Part shown: one piece after another, positions 11,215-23,560 of the stretch | Layout of the letters: the number at the start of each line of letters is the position of its first letter | Position numbering within the stretch: position 1 is the stretch's first letter | Source of the DNA: Octopus sinensis | Taxonomy: Eukaryota | Assembly (NCBI RefSeq): GCF_006345805.1 | Contig: NC_043001.1 | Coordinates: 24,800,001-24,864,000, forward strand | Direction of reading: 5' to 3' | DNA: 64,000 nt | The notes under the pieces: generated by a model | The model's database searches: none | What the model saw: the letters and a program-made list of their open reading frames with translations, nothing else | Told to the model about the DNA's origin: nothing | Translations under genes and position numbers: made by a program

Positions 11215-11430
11215 CGTCTCTTCTGCAGACACAAGGCCTGAAATTTTGAGGGGAGGGGCCTAGTTAATTATAATCGACTGCAGTGTTTATCTGGTACTTA
11301 TTTCATCGACCCAGAAAGGATAAAGGGCAAAGTTGACCTCAGAGGAATTTGAACTCAGACTGCAAAGACAGACGAAATGCCACTAAGCATTTTGCCCAGC
11401 GTGCTTATGATTCTGCCAGCTTGCCACCTT
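11215..11430 (-). mobile_element. SINE family C
   Basis: Reverse complement of the C core and head. Confidence 0.75.
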
Positions 11431-11926
11431 AAACATTCAAGTAGTAATGGCAATAACAATGATGTTCATAAAAGCAAGACTTTTTGGGTTTTTTTACCTC
11501 TGAATCAAAAATAGATTTTTAAACATACATTTGGGAGATATTCTATTAAGAGTACACAAATATAAACAGATACACAGTCGTATTTTTAATTTTGTTACCG
11601 TTTCAAATTGACTGACTTCAAAGTTATTAAACTATTTATAGAAATGTAATGGAAACTGTATTAGTGATTGTGTTCACATTCTTTAGTTTGGAATTCAAAA
11701 GAAAGTTGTTATTAACTAGCAATACTGACTACCATTAACCAAGATTAAATAAAATAAGATAAATGTAATTATTTTCAGATACAAAGACAGCAGAGTGGGA
11801 GAAGCTGTAGAGCAGTCTAAAAATATTCAGTTCTGTGCCTCTGTGATTTGAAATCCTCTTGGGCTGACTTCACCGTACTTCCATCTGGAATTAATATATA
11901 GGTGGCGGTGGTGGTGGTGGTGATGC

Positions 11927-11962
<36 letters not shown>

Positions 11963-12950
11963 AGATTATGTAATTGATTGTACTTATCTGTTTGCGAGTC
12001 CTTGTGGTATAAAGAGGAGTAACCAAACACACATATACAAAAATACATCAAAGTGAAACAGTAGAATGTACAAGGGCTGCAAATTTGGAAAAAAAAAAGG
12101 GTCTGGTTGATTAAACTGATCCCAGTATTGGACTAATATTTTTTTTTTTTTATCGACACTAGCAGTATTTGAACTCAAAACTTAATTACTGAAAAATGTT
12201 TCATTTCATGCACTATTATTGCTCCCACTTTACCACCCTTTATTATTTATCTTACTAATTTCTTTATTTTCGTTCTACTGCAATATTATCTCACTTCATT
12301 AAACTATAAAACTGCTTATTCAAAAACAAAAACAAAAACTAATATTGTGAGACTTCAATGTCTGCTAACATCATTACTGGATATTTTGATATTATAGATA
12401 TCTTTTACTAGTTTCAGTCATTGGACTGCAGCCATGCAGTGACTCTGGTAGCATTCAAGAGTCACTTGTTTTAGCTCTGAAACGTCTAGCTTGGGAAGTA
12501 TGCCTAACATAGTACCCAATTTAACATTACAGCCTGGTCCTTGGTTACCTTCAGGATATATGTTCAGGATATATGTTCTGATCTCAGTACATATTTTTTT
12601 AAAGTTTGGTACTTATTCTATCAGTTTCTTTTGCTAAACTGCTTAGTTACAGGGTTGTAAACAAACCAACACCAACTGTCAAGCAGGAGTGAGAGACAAA
12701 CATAAAAACATGCATACACTCATACATATATATACACAAAGGATTTCCACTCAGCTTCTATACAAGGTAATATTGCTCCACGGTCTGACATGTTTTTCAC
12801 AGAAGATTAGAAATGTCTGATGGTGAGGTTTGATTTTATTGGATTGTTATAAAATATAAGACATGGTAGCCTCTTATGTAGTCACTGGAATGCTAAAATT
12901 GCATCTATGTATGTGTGTCTATGTATGTATGTATGTATGTATGTATGTAT

Positions 12951-13540
12951 TCTTTTACTTGTTTCAGTCATTTGTCTGTGGCCATACTGGAGCACCACCT
13001 TTAGTCGAGCAAATCAACTCCAGGACTTATTCTTTGTAAGCCTAGTACTTATATTATCGGCTTCTTTTGCCGAACCGCTAAGTTACGGGGACATAAAGAC
13101 ACCAGCATCGGTTGTCAAGCGATGTTGGGGGGGACAAGCACAGACACACAAACATATACACACACATACATATATATATATATAAATATACATATATACA
13201 ACGGCTTCTTTCAGTTTCTGTCTACCAAATCCACTTACAAGGCTTTGGTTGGCCTGAGGCTATAGTAGAAGACACTTGCCCAAGATGCCATGCGGTGGGA
13301 CTGAACCTGGAACCATGTGGTTCAAAAGCAAGCTACTTACCACACAGCCACTCTTATGCCTATGTATGTATGTATATGATAGGTTTCTTCCAGTTTCTGT
13401 TTACCAAATGAACTCACAAGGCTTTGGTCAGCCTGGGGCTATAATAGAAGACATGCCCAAGGTACCACACAATGGAACTGAACTCAAGACCACATAATTG
13501 GGAAACAAGTTCTCAACCACACTGCCGTACCTGTGCATAT
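12951..13540 (-). mobile_element. SINE family A (12951-13361) followed by a diverged A left half
   Basis: Homologous to other A copies. Confidence 0.85.
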
Positions 13541-14101
13541 TAATTTTATCAATAAACGTTTTGCTTAACATGTATACACAGACTATGAAAATGTTTGTAC
13601 CATTAGTAATTACTAATTTTATTATCTTTGTCTTTAAACTGTATATATCATAATCTGTTTGCATAAACCAGATAGATTTCCAGAGCAGTGTTAAAAAAAT
13701 ATTCCTTTATCATATTGACAGGCCCTGTAAGTTCAATTGATGCATTAAAATTGAATTTAAATACATTTTAATACTTAACATAGATTATTAAGTGATGAGA
13801 CTGTAGGTTTTAATATGGCTAAGCCTCTGTTCCTTATCACTGTTTTAGGATTTCAATTAGATGTTGCAATCATCATAACAGTAGAACTTATAGTTTTAGG
13901 CTAGGCACTTTTTAAGTGAAGTATTAATTCTCAACACCTGTAGTTCAAAAATTCAAAAACAAACTTGGTGATTAGATATGAATTTCCATTGCTTGGCCTT
14001 GCCTAGAACATCTTGAAACATTTTAGTGTATCACATGTCTAATTTCGATTTAGAATTTGGTTTGCAAGATTCTTTATGTGAGTTCGTGTGTTGAAGCATA
14101 T

Positions 14102-14476
14102 TCTGTTGTGTCTGGGGAGAGTCATTCTCTTTTGGTGCCTTATAATTTAACACACTCATTGGTAAAATTTCCACTTATTTCTTATTTTTATTTTCCTAAA
14201 ATTTTCGTTGCATCTTGCAATCTTTTCAATAGTTTTGACTTTGTCCGTTACTCACACTGCATTCCTTTTTATTTGTTTAAACAATTTGCATAAACAAGCA
14301 TAAACAAACAAAAAGGAACACAGTGTGAGTAACGGGCAGAGTCAAAACTTTTGAAAAGATTGCAAGATGCAACGAAAATTTTAGAAAAATAAAAAAGAAA
14401 TAAGTGGAAATTTTATCAGTGAGTGAGTTAAATTATAAGGCACCAAAAGAGAATGACTCTCCTTTGACACAACAGA
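14102..14476. repeat. Fold-back element with ~175-bp inverted arms
   Basis: tctgttgtgtc...aaac / aaac...gacacaacaga arms are reverse complements; a single-arm copy lies at 31078-31255. Confidence 0.9.
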
Positions 14477-14594
14477 CCATGTCTAATTGGAAATAGAAAT
14501 GATAAGGCATTCTCTAGTAAAGCTTAGAATTAGAAAACTCGGATTGTAAGTTTGTCAATTGTTTTACAGCAGTCTGTTTGAACTCAGAATTTAA

Positions 14595-14700
14595 TAACAT
14601 TTACATAGTGTTTCATTTAAACTGCTTCCATATGAACTACCTGAGAAACCTACTGAAAATCACCTGGCAAGAGAAGGTCTTTCAGAAGATATGAACAAGA
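14595..14700 (+). mobile_element. RTE-like LINE fragment
   Basis: FHLNCFHMNYLRNLLKITWQEKV resembles the FH..CLR.IL.I.WQD motif. Confidence 0.45.
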
Positions 14701-14959
14701 TAGATCCAATTGGTGCATAACTTTGAGGGTTTTTTTTCTTTTACACCTATTTTAAGGTGGTGAAGCATTACTCATAACTCTTCTCGGCCCTCCCAGACTA
14801 ACATGGTTTTGGAGTTGGTCTTCAGCTTAAATTTTTCTAGACAATGTTTTAAAATAAAATATATTAAAATGTAGATGGCCTAGAAGGTTGTAGTTCAGAT
14901 GATATTGAGTAATGCATTTAGCAGTGAATGTAGAGGATAAGATAAAGAGCAGAGATTTT

Positions 14960-15285
14960 TAAAAGAGGAGAAGAAGGTGTATAGGGTGAGATATTTTTGT
15001 GAAAGTGGTACACAGCTTGCTAGTACAGGGGCGGAGAAACTGTTGTAGTACAAGAGACAGAAAAGAAACACTATACAAGGGAATGGAAGCAATATTCATA
15101 AGGTTTTCAGGCCCTTCTAGACTGGTGATATTGACAGAGCTTATATCTGGGCTGAACATATATCCTGAAGGTAACCAAGGACCAGGCTGTATTGTTAAAT
15201 TGGATACTATGTTAGGCCTACTTCCCAAACTAGAAGTTTCTGTGCTAAAATAGGTGACTCTTGGATGCTACCTGTAGTGGTTATC
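14960..15285. repeat. Unclassified interspersed repeat; inverted partial copy at ~12440-12580
   Basis: aacatatatcctgaaggtaaccaaggaccaggctg is matched in reverse at ~12530-12570. Confidence 0.6.
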
Positions 15286-15399
15286 TTACATTGCCTAAAA
15301 TTAAAACAAATTGCTAAACCATAAATGTGTGTGTGTGTGTGTTTATACACATCCATATACTTTTGTGTGTGAATATTGACATGGTGGCTATTTTTTGTT

Positions 15400-16000
15400 T
15401 CTGTAAATCAGATAAGAAAATAGATTAGTATTCTAGTAATGCTCTGATGTGTTGCCAATTGTGTCTTAAAAGTTTGAACATGTAATTCTAGGGAGTTCTT
15501 TGGCTAGAAATGACTACCCCACCTGCTTAGTTGTTGTACGTGTGTTTGTACGTGTGTGGGAGTGGCTAGGTTAATAGTTTGTACCTGTTCATGGCATGTA
15601 GTTTCTTTTGTCTTAGTAGGATAAGCACAGTCCATAATTGCTTCGCGTAAAAATTTGTAATAACTGCTATTTGTAAACTAATGTCATGCTTTCTGTATTT
15701 TGGTTAAATGCGCTGGTTATTATCTTTGGGTGTTGTCTTTGTATTTTGTTATGTTTTATTTCATATTTTTTGTTGAAGGGTATGTGTGCTATGAAGTGTA
15801 GCTTTCTGGTGATGCTTCTGAATTATGTGGTAGCAAACTGCTTCATGTGGCTGATGGCATTGTACAAATTCTTGTATATGTTGTCTGCCACTGACCAGTG
15901 TATTACTTTCTGGGTAAGGTCATACTAAGGTTTATTCCAGCTTTCATGGCATTTCATAAGATCTGCTTCTGTCTAGACATCATATTTGTCTATAGTAATA
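15400..16000 (-). mobile_element. Possible highly decayed Penelope-like element fragment
   Basis: A/C-rich minus strand with broken coding-like stretches (HIPFNKK...SAFNQN); weak. Confidence 0.3.
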
Positions 16001-16261
16001 TTTCAATTCAGCTCTTCGAGTGTTCTTGATTACTTTCAACAATTTTTTAAAATTTTATTTACTAATAGACAGATTGGGTAATCAAGGGCAGAGTATTTTT
16101 GCTTTTGACACAGAGCAATACTTGGGAATGGAGATGAAGTGTCAACCTTTTAACTCATAAAATAGACATCGAAACAACTTTTTTTTTTACTGGGCTCTAT
16201 TTATTTAGTTTTTAGACCTGTTGAGGCGAGTGAAATCAAAATCGATAAAAAATCAATGGAA

Positions 16262-16577
16262 ATTGTAACTGTGATACCAGTGCCGGTGGCACATAAAAGA
16301 ACCATCTGAATGTGGCTGTTACCAGTGCTACCTTGACTGGCCTCTGTGCAGGTGGCACACAAAAAACACCAACCAATCGTGGCCGTTGCCAGCCTTGCCT
16401 GGCACGTAAAAGCATCCACTATACTCACGGAGTGGTTAGCATTAGGAAGGGCATCCAGCTGTAGAAACACTGCCAGATCAGACTGGGCTTGGTGCAGCCT
16501 TCTGGCTTCCCAGACCCCAGTCGAACCGTCCAACCCATGCTAGCATGGAAAGTGGACGTTAAACGATGATGATGATG
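16262..16577 (+). mobile_element. RTE-tailed SINE family M with 5' tandem units
   Basis: Repeated GTGGCAC(A/G)TAAAAAG(C/A)ACC units, then GGAAGGGCATCCAGCTGTAG, then ACCCATGCTAGCATGGAAAGTGGACGTTAAACGATGATG. Confidence 0.85.
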
Positions 16578-17039
16578 ACACAAAAAAGTTTAGGGTTCTT
16601 TTGTGTATGTGTTTGAGTTACTATAAAACATAATAATCAGAGTCCTAAGCTAAGATATTTAACTGAAAAATAATTAATTTAATTTAACAATCCACAATAA
16701 ACAATTTTAAACTTAGCCAAGCCTCAATAACCATAAAAACATATGATATTTGATAAATTTCTTTTACACAAGTAGTTATGTATCTTTTAACCAACAAACT
16801 GTCAAACATATATTCCAATCTCTATAGTTCCTAACATTATATCACGGTTCTATGACAATGAATACAGTGAATTGATAGCATATAACAGACTTAATTATCG
16901 GTAACCTATGAAATATATTGATTGTTCTTTTGATCTATTCCATTCCAAATTGTTAATGGTCTATTTCTCTATATATTATTGATACAATATCTTTTATGAG
17001 TCGGATTGGCATTAGCTGTTTGCATACTTTCTAGAAATC

Positions 17040-17160
17040 CTTACATTCAAGACCCATGTCTCATTACTATGTAGGAGTATGATTTGTATCAAAATAATAC
17101 AATGTCCTCTTCACTCAAAGAGAACACATCTTTTTCCACCAGTGGTAATAGTTCCTTGAA
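17040..17160 (-). mobile_element. RTE-like LINE fragment
   Basis: FKELLPLV...ILLHSNETWVL, matching the better-preserved RTE fragment at 61860-62515. Confidence 0.45.
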
Positions 17161-17179
17161 TTTTTTTCCATACATTCTT

Positions 17180-17583
17180 ACTTTACTTTTACTTACTTGT
17201 TTCAGTCATTTGACTGTGGCCATACTGGAGCACCGCCTTTAATTGAGCAAATCGACCCCAGGACTTATTCTTTGTAAGCCTAGTACTTATTTTATTGGAC
17301 TCTTTTGCCGAACCGCTAAGTTACGAGGACGTAAACACACCAGCATCGGTTGTCAAGCAATGTTGGGAGGACAAACACAGACACACAATCATATACACAT
17401 ATATATATATATACATATATACGACAGGCTTCTTTTAGTTTCTGTCTACCAAATCCACTCACAAGGCTTTGGTCAGCCCGAGGCTATAGTAGAAGACACT
17501 TGCCCAAGGTGCCACGCAGTGGGACTGAACCTGGAACCATGTGGTTCATAAGCAAGCTGCTAACCACACAGCCACTCCTGCAC
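17180..17583 (-). mobile_element. SINE family A
   Basis: Homologous to other A copies. Confidence 0.9.
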
Positions 17584-18498
17584 CTCAGACAACTATGTTT
17601 TTGGAACACACATGTCTACTGATAATTAGATAATGAATGCTATCAACTACTTCTTGAGAGCCTTTTAAGCATATATAAGAATTTATTTCGTGTTTACATT
17701 TACTACTTCTGTGTATCTACTAAATGTGAAAACTCCCTTTCCTGCCAGCATATCTGTGATCCTTTTACACTTGTTGTGCACTCACATTTTATACTAGATC
17801 CATTGTATGGAATTCTTATCTACTCCTTTTCTGAGCAGTTCTTTCATAAGGTCCTGTCTTTTTTACTTATTCATTATAAGACCCTGTCTTCCTACTAATT
17901 AATACTTTAGTCCTTGCTCGATTTAGTTTGATGCTCTTGATTCTAGGTTTGGAATTTCCTTAGAGTTTTCTGTTATGACCTAGAGCACTACAATAAAGAG
18001 AAGCAAGCTAAGAACTGATCCCTGGTATACACCATCCTGCATATTACCTGCTTAACTCGATGAGTGTGTCATAGTAGAGATAATAAGCTCCCAGTAAGCT
18101 AAGTTAGCTTTACTTATTATGCCAATACTCTTTTTATAAAACATGAACATCATATTTCCCATTCCCTCGCTCTCTCATTTCAAAAGGGCTTGTCACCTCT
18201 GATCACAAAAGGTTAAGTAATTTTTTCCATTTTTCCAATTGCTTAATTTTTTAAAAAAATAACATATTTCACTTTTCAAAAGTAATTTACCATTTACCAT
18301 ATTGGTATGGTTTCATACCTTTACATTTTAACTTGAAAGCATAAGGTTTTTAATACCTGCCAAGTTGTGCTAACAGAAAAATGAAAGACATTCATAAAGA
18401 GAACAAATGCAGTGTATGTTTGAAATGTTTGAGAAGCTAATAGAACCCATATTAGTCCTCATGAATTCCTATTACTCTATTAATGGTTATAGTTGTGT

Positions 18499-19092
18499 GG
18501 CGAGCTGGCAGAAATGTTAGCACGCCAGGCGAAATGCTTAGCGGTACTTTGTCTGCCACTATGTTCTGAGTTTAAATTCCGCTGAGGTCGACTTTGCTTT
18601 CATCCTTCCGGGGTCGATTAAATAACTACCAGTTACACACTGGGGTAGATATAATTGACTTAATCCATTTGTCTGTCCTTGTTTGTCCTCTCTGTGTTTA
18701 GCCCCTTGTCGGTAGTAAAGAAATCGGTATTTCATCTGCCGCTATGTTCTGAGTTCAAATTCCGCCATGGTCAACTTTGCCTTTCAGCCTTTCGGGGTCG
18801 ATTAAATAAGTACCAATTACACACTGGGGTTGATATAATCACCTTAATCCGTTTGTCTGTGCTTGTTTGTCCCTTCTGTGTTTATCCCCTTGTGGGTAGT
18901 AAAGAAATAGGTATTTCATTTACCACTATGTTCTGAGTTCAAATTCCGCCGAGGTCAACTTTGCTTTTCATCCTTTTGGGGTCGATTAAATAAGTACCAG
19001 TTACGCACTGGGGTCAATATAATTGACATAATCCGTTTATCTGTCCTCGTTTGTCCCCTCTGTATGTAGCCCTTTATAGGTAGTAAAGAATT
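18499..19092 (+). mobile_element. SINE family C with one head and three tandem ~183-bp bodies
   Basis: Body units start at ~18543, 18726 and 18910; junctions fall at GGTATTT. Confidence 0.9.
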
Positions 19093-20159
19093 AAGTTGTG
19101 TTGATAAATTACTCCAAAATTCACTTATAACTAAATATGTCTTGTTTTTATTTCGAGGTTGCTTTTTTTTCACCTTTTATTTAAAAGTAATAACTGTATT
19201 CAATCTTTTGACTTTCAGAAATTTAGAAATTACTTCTCTATTCAGCATGTTGGACAAAAGCTATAATAACAACATGCAAAGCTATATAATACTATTGTCT
19301 TTGTAACAATCACTAAGATCAGTTATTGTTTCTTATGCTAACAACAAAAGCATTGGACACTTTCATCATGAAAACATCTTTTGATATCTTTATGATTTCA
19401 ATATATTAAAGAGAAATAATGCCATTATATTTTGAAAGTATTTTTGAATTTTTGGATTGAAGCTCTAACTAGCAATCTATAAAGTAGGTGGTGTGCTTTG
19501 TGTCTTTATTTATTGATGTCAGTATCTGTTGATGCTGTCCAGAAAAATATTTGCTTCTGTCAGACTTCCAAAGACTCAATAAGCAGATAGGAATGAATAC
19601 ATGATGGACATGTCATCATTAACATCAAGATAATGATGATGTATACTTTTATGAATGGACAATAATCTTTACTTTGATCTTTGTGTTGTTACAGATTGTT
19701 CAAGCTTTAATAGCTTCTCCTTGTCTTTCTCTTGTTCTTTTCTTCTACTTTCTCCTCATACTTTTTCATTTATATCATGCTTATAAAATAAGCCATACAT
19801 TACTTTCATAATCTATTCTTCTAGATTTTTTCTTTTCAATCTTTCTTGCTGTCACCCCAGTGATTTAAATATAACTGGTTTATGTATTCTAAAACGTGAT
19901 CTGAAATGATATTACTAAGTTAATTTAAAAATGCACACTGATATCAAATTTTACTGAGTTTCTGTTGAAGTATTATTATCTGCTATTATTATGGTTATGC
20001 TATCAGATTTGAAAATGGAATTAAACCATTCAAATACAGACTGGAATCCTCTTTAATAATATTGATATTTCCATCCAAGAAAAGATTTTATTTAATAAGC
20101 ATTTTCTCTAAATCAGTTTAGTTTTAAATTCTTATCATTTTGTTGCTCAAAAAGGTGAC

Positions 20160-20364
20160 CAATGACAGAATAGTTAGACCATCAAACAAAATACCTACCA
20201 GTATTACAGTCTAAGTTCAAATTCTACCAAGGTCAACTTTGCCTTTCATCCCTTCAGGTTTGAGAAAATAAGGTACCAGTCAAGCATTGCAGGTTGATGC
20301 CACTCCCCTCAGAACTGTTAGCTTTGAGACAAAATTTGAAATCATTATTGTTGTTGTTGTTATA
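20160..20364 (+). mobile_element. Diverged SINE family C with TTA/TTG tail
   Basis: C core ttcaaattctaccaaggtcaactttgcctttcatcc. Confidence 0.65.
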
Positions 20365-20857
20365 TGAAAATTCACAGCTTATTTTGCTGGGTATCAGTGT
20401 CAGCTGTCCACAGCCAGCAGACTAAGGTGACACTTCTTTACTGGTCATGCTTCAAGAACCCTGAGAAGAATTCTAGCAGTTCCAGGCAATGCTGATTTTT
20501 GTAGGTGTTCTACCTTCACACTTGCACCAATCTCTTTCAGCCATGCTGGTAGTTGAGTGCTGATACTTCCAAGTGCACCAATTACTATTGGTATCACGTC
20601 TACTCTCTTCATTGGCCGCAGCCTTCGTATTTCCCACTTCAAATCATCAGAGTTGTTTATTTTTTCTTCTTCTTTCATATTGATCCTGTTGTCACCGGGG
20701 AATGCTATGTCGATTATCATACATGTTCTTTCTTTTTTATTCACCACAAGAATATCTGGTTTTCTATGTCTGGTCTGGTGATCGCACTGGATCATTACAT
20801 CCCACAAGATTTTGCAGTTCTCATTTTCGGTGTCTCCTTCTGGAGTTTGCTTGTACT
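20365..20857 (-). mobile_element. R4/Dong-like retrotransposon 3' end encoding a restriction-like endonuclease domain
   Basis: ORF 20445-20807: RKPDILVV...IIDIAFPGD.....KEEEK...IPIVIGALG...LQKSALPGTARIL, the PD-(D/E)xK RLE signature. The 5' junction abuts (TAA)n at 20858-20881. Confidence 0.85.
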
Positions 20858-20892
20858 ATTATTATTATTATTATTATTATTTTGCTCAAAGA

Positions 20893-21110
20893 TGGTAAGC
20901 TGGCAGAATCATTAGCATGCCAGGTGAAATGCTAAGCAGCATTTCATTCATCTTCATGTTCTGAGTTCAAATTACGCTGTGGTCAACTTTGCCTTTCATT
21001 CTTCGGGAGGGGGGGTGTCAATAAACTAAGTACCAGTGAAACACTGGGGTCGAATTAAATGACTAACCCCCAAAATTTCAGGCCTTGTGCCTTTAGTAGA
21101 AAGGATTGTT
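20893..21110 (+). mobile_element. SINE family C
   Basis: Head gctggcagaatcattagca, core, and 3' ggccttgtgcctttagtagaaagg. Confidence 0.8.
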
Positions 21111-21606
21111 TTGTTCTGAAATGAACAGTAGCCAAGTATAATTATATCCAGGTAATTTAGATGTTACAATGCTATTATGTAGTGCAGATTAACTCTATAG
21201 ATTTCAGCTAATATTGTATGTAAAAGGTTGATGTAGATATCTCATCTTCATATACAACAGGTTTGTGAACAGAAAAACAAGGAGAAATTGGATTAGTTTC
21301 AGTCTTGTGTTGAAGTAAAACTGATAAACAAATTTGCAAATTATCATGATTTCTTAGCTTGTAATTCAATAAATAAATTAACATTGTATGAATAACATTT
21401 TATTTCAATGCTTTTATGAACTACAGAGTATATCTGTAGTTTTTAGCCAACACTGTATGTAATCTGCTTATACAGAAATAATTTATTAAACTCACTTAGT
21501 CTTTAATCGGATTTTTTACCAGCTCCCTCTTCAACTCTTTTTGTAATTTGTACATGTTTCTTTTACTCTCATATATATAATAGACACACACACACACATG
21601 CAGATA

Positions 21607-21960
21607 TCTCTCTATATATAAATGGCAAAATGTCTGTCTGTGTGTGTGTCCTTTATACAAATCCACAATTTTTCAGTTAGAGGGCTCGCACTTTCTATGG
21701 TCATTCAAAACCTCCAAGGGTGGTCGTGCACATATTTACATTTCCCCAGTCACCCTGCAAAGCCATTAAAAAATCAATAGAAGTGACTTTTTTGTGAATT
21801 TTCTATCCAAAACCCAATCAAAATGCTCGAAACTTGATACACCAATTGAATGCCAGCTAGCTGTATGTGATTGGTCAAAGATTTGGACAGTACTCACGTG
21901 TATGTGCACGCACACGCAGCTGTATATGCACCAAGTCAGTCTGGTATTGTCTGCACAGCT
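21607..21960 (+). mobile_element. Probable non-autonomous Helitron-like element, 3' end not evident
   Basis: Starts TCTCTCTATATATAAA...TGTCTGTCTGTG like the Helitrons at 26151 and 43943; no terminal CTAG found. Confidence 0.4.
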
Positions 21961-22019
21961 CAAAGTTAGGTGAATAAAAAGCAAATAAATAACAAGGATG
22001 TCCAGGTATGTAAGGATGT

Positions 22020-22285
22020 AATGCACCAATACGTACTTGGCTTTTGTTGATTTAGAGAAAGCCTTTGACAGAGTGCCCTGATCCCTTCTCTGGTGGTCAA
22101 TGCAGAAAGTGGGGATAAACGAGTCACTGGTAAGAACTGTACAAGCCCTGTAAAGGTATGCTGTCAGTAAGGTGAGGGTTGATAATGTTTATAGTGAAGA
22201 ATTCTGAGTAGAAGTAGGAGTTCACCAAGGATCAGTCCTCATCCCCCACTTATTCATTATAGTCCTCCAGGCAATAACCGAACAT
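22020..22285 (+). mobile_element. RTE LINE reverse transcriptase fragment
   Basis: YLAFVDLEKAFDRVP...VGVHQGSVL.PLLFIIVLQAITE, with stops. Confidence 0.8.
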
Positions 22286-22289
22286 GACC

Positions 22290-22495
22290 AATGCAGTACC
22301 CCCAGACTGGATCCCATGCCAGTGCCATGTAAAAAGCACCATCTAAATATGGTCGATGCCAGGTCTGCCTGACTGGCTCCTGTACTAGTGACATGGAAAA
22401 AACACCAACCGATCGGACCAATGCCTGTACCCACTGATTGGCTCCTGTGCCAGTGGCAAGTAAAAAAGCTCCATCCGAACATGATCATTGCCAAC
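22290..22495 (+). repeat. Diverged array of family-M ~60-bp 5' tandem units with no SINE 3' part
   Basis: Three ...gactggctcctgtgccagtggca.gtaaaaaagc.ccatccgaac-like units. Confidence 0.65.
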
Positions 22496-22529
22496 AGACT
22501 TCTATAAATTCTAGTTCTTACAATATTTA

Positions 22530-23560
22530 ATCATCTCCCAAGATTTAATCGAGATAACATTACCAAAAACACACCTGAAAGACTAGGTTTCCTTTCATGA
22601 TCCTCCAAAATTCTTAAAATCTGATCACTTTCTCTTTCTGTCCAAAGCTCATATGTGATCAACATTAGAACACAAACAGGATTGATGAGGTTTGTATGCA
22701 TCTGAAATACTTGACAATATCCAAAAGAATGTTTTTCAACTAATTAATAAAGATTCCCTCACAAGCCAGGACAGAGTGGAGGGAGTAGTTGGGGCTGTGA
22801 TTTTGATAGCCCTTCTCTTCCATGCTAATGGTAAAGAAGAACACTTTCATAAAGAATTACAATTTTTATTAATAGTTTATTTTATTTTGTTCTTGTACTT
22901 TCAAGTACATCATATATATTACATGCAGCTGTAACTCACACATAAATCATTTAACACTAATCACTAAATACTTAAGGAGCACTGCATCCTTCAAAACTTC
23001 CATGCTTCCTGAGATTCACCAACACTACACCTGATTTTCTTCCCTCCATACACACACAAACATGTATCTGACTCATACACTGTTCACTTTCCAGACATTT
23101 GTACATTACTGCATATGCTTTATACGCACTTTTGACAAGTTGTGGTTCACCTCAGCACTGTATACAATAATTTCATTATTATTAAAAAGCAGTTCAAAAT
23201 GTGGCCTACATTTCATATCTGACCTGGGACTATTACCATCTTTGAACAACCTTGCTTACTCATCAATGTTCTACAATTACTGCCCAAAATGTGCTGTTCT
23301 GGTTCTTCTGGTTCTTTGACTGCTACAACAATGACTTCTCTTTGTGTATACCATCACCAATTCCACCCAACCTTCTCTCATCATCCTTACTGTATCTCGT
23401 TCATCAGTTAAACACCTCACCCATTCATAGCTTCACAGAGCAGCAACCATCTTTCTATTTATGTATTTCTAGCACATCAGAAATTCGCCAGAAGTTCAAA
23501 CAAAATATTGTTCATATCTATCTAATTAGCCTGACAAGACCTACAAGTTTTATCAATAGC
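22530..23560 (+). mobile_element. Decayed CR1/L2-group LINE remnant interrupted by a CR1 3' end (22975-23185)
   Basis: KRLGFL, EILDNIQKNVFQLIN and FFDCYNND-like motifs; the inserted segment matches the 3' UTR of 41055-41548. Confidence 0.55.

Noticed and set aside
17947-18018. Possible terminal exon VWNFLRVFCYDLEHYNKEKQAKN*
   Set aside because: No recognisable homology or linkable upstream exon; could be chance or an unclassified repeat.
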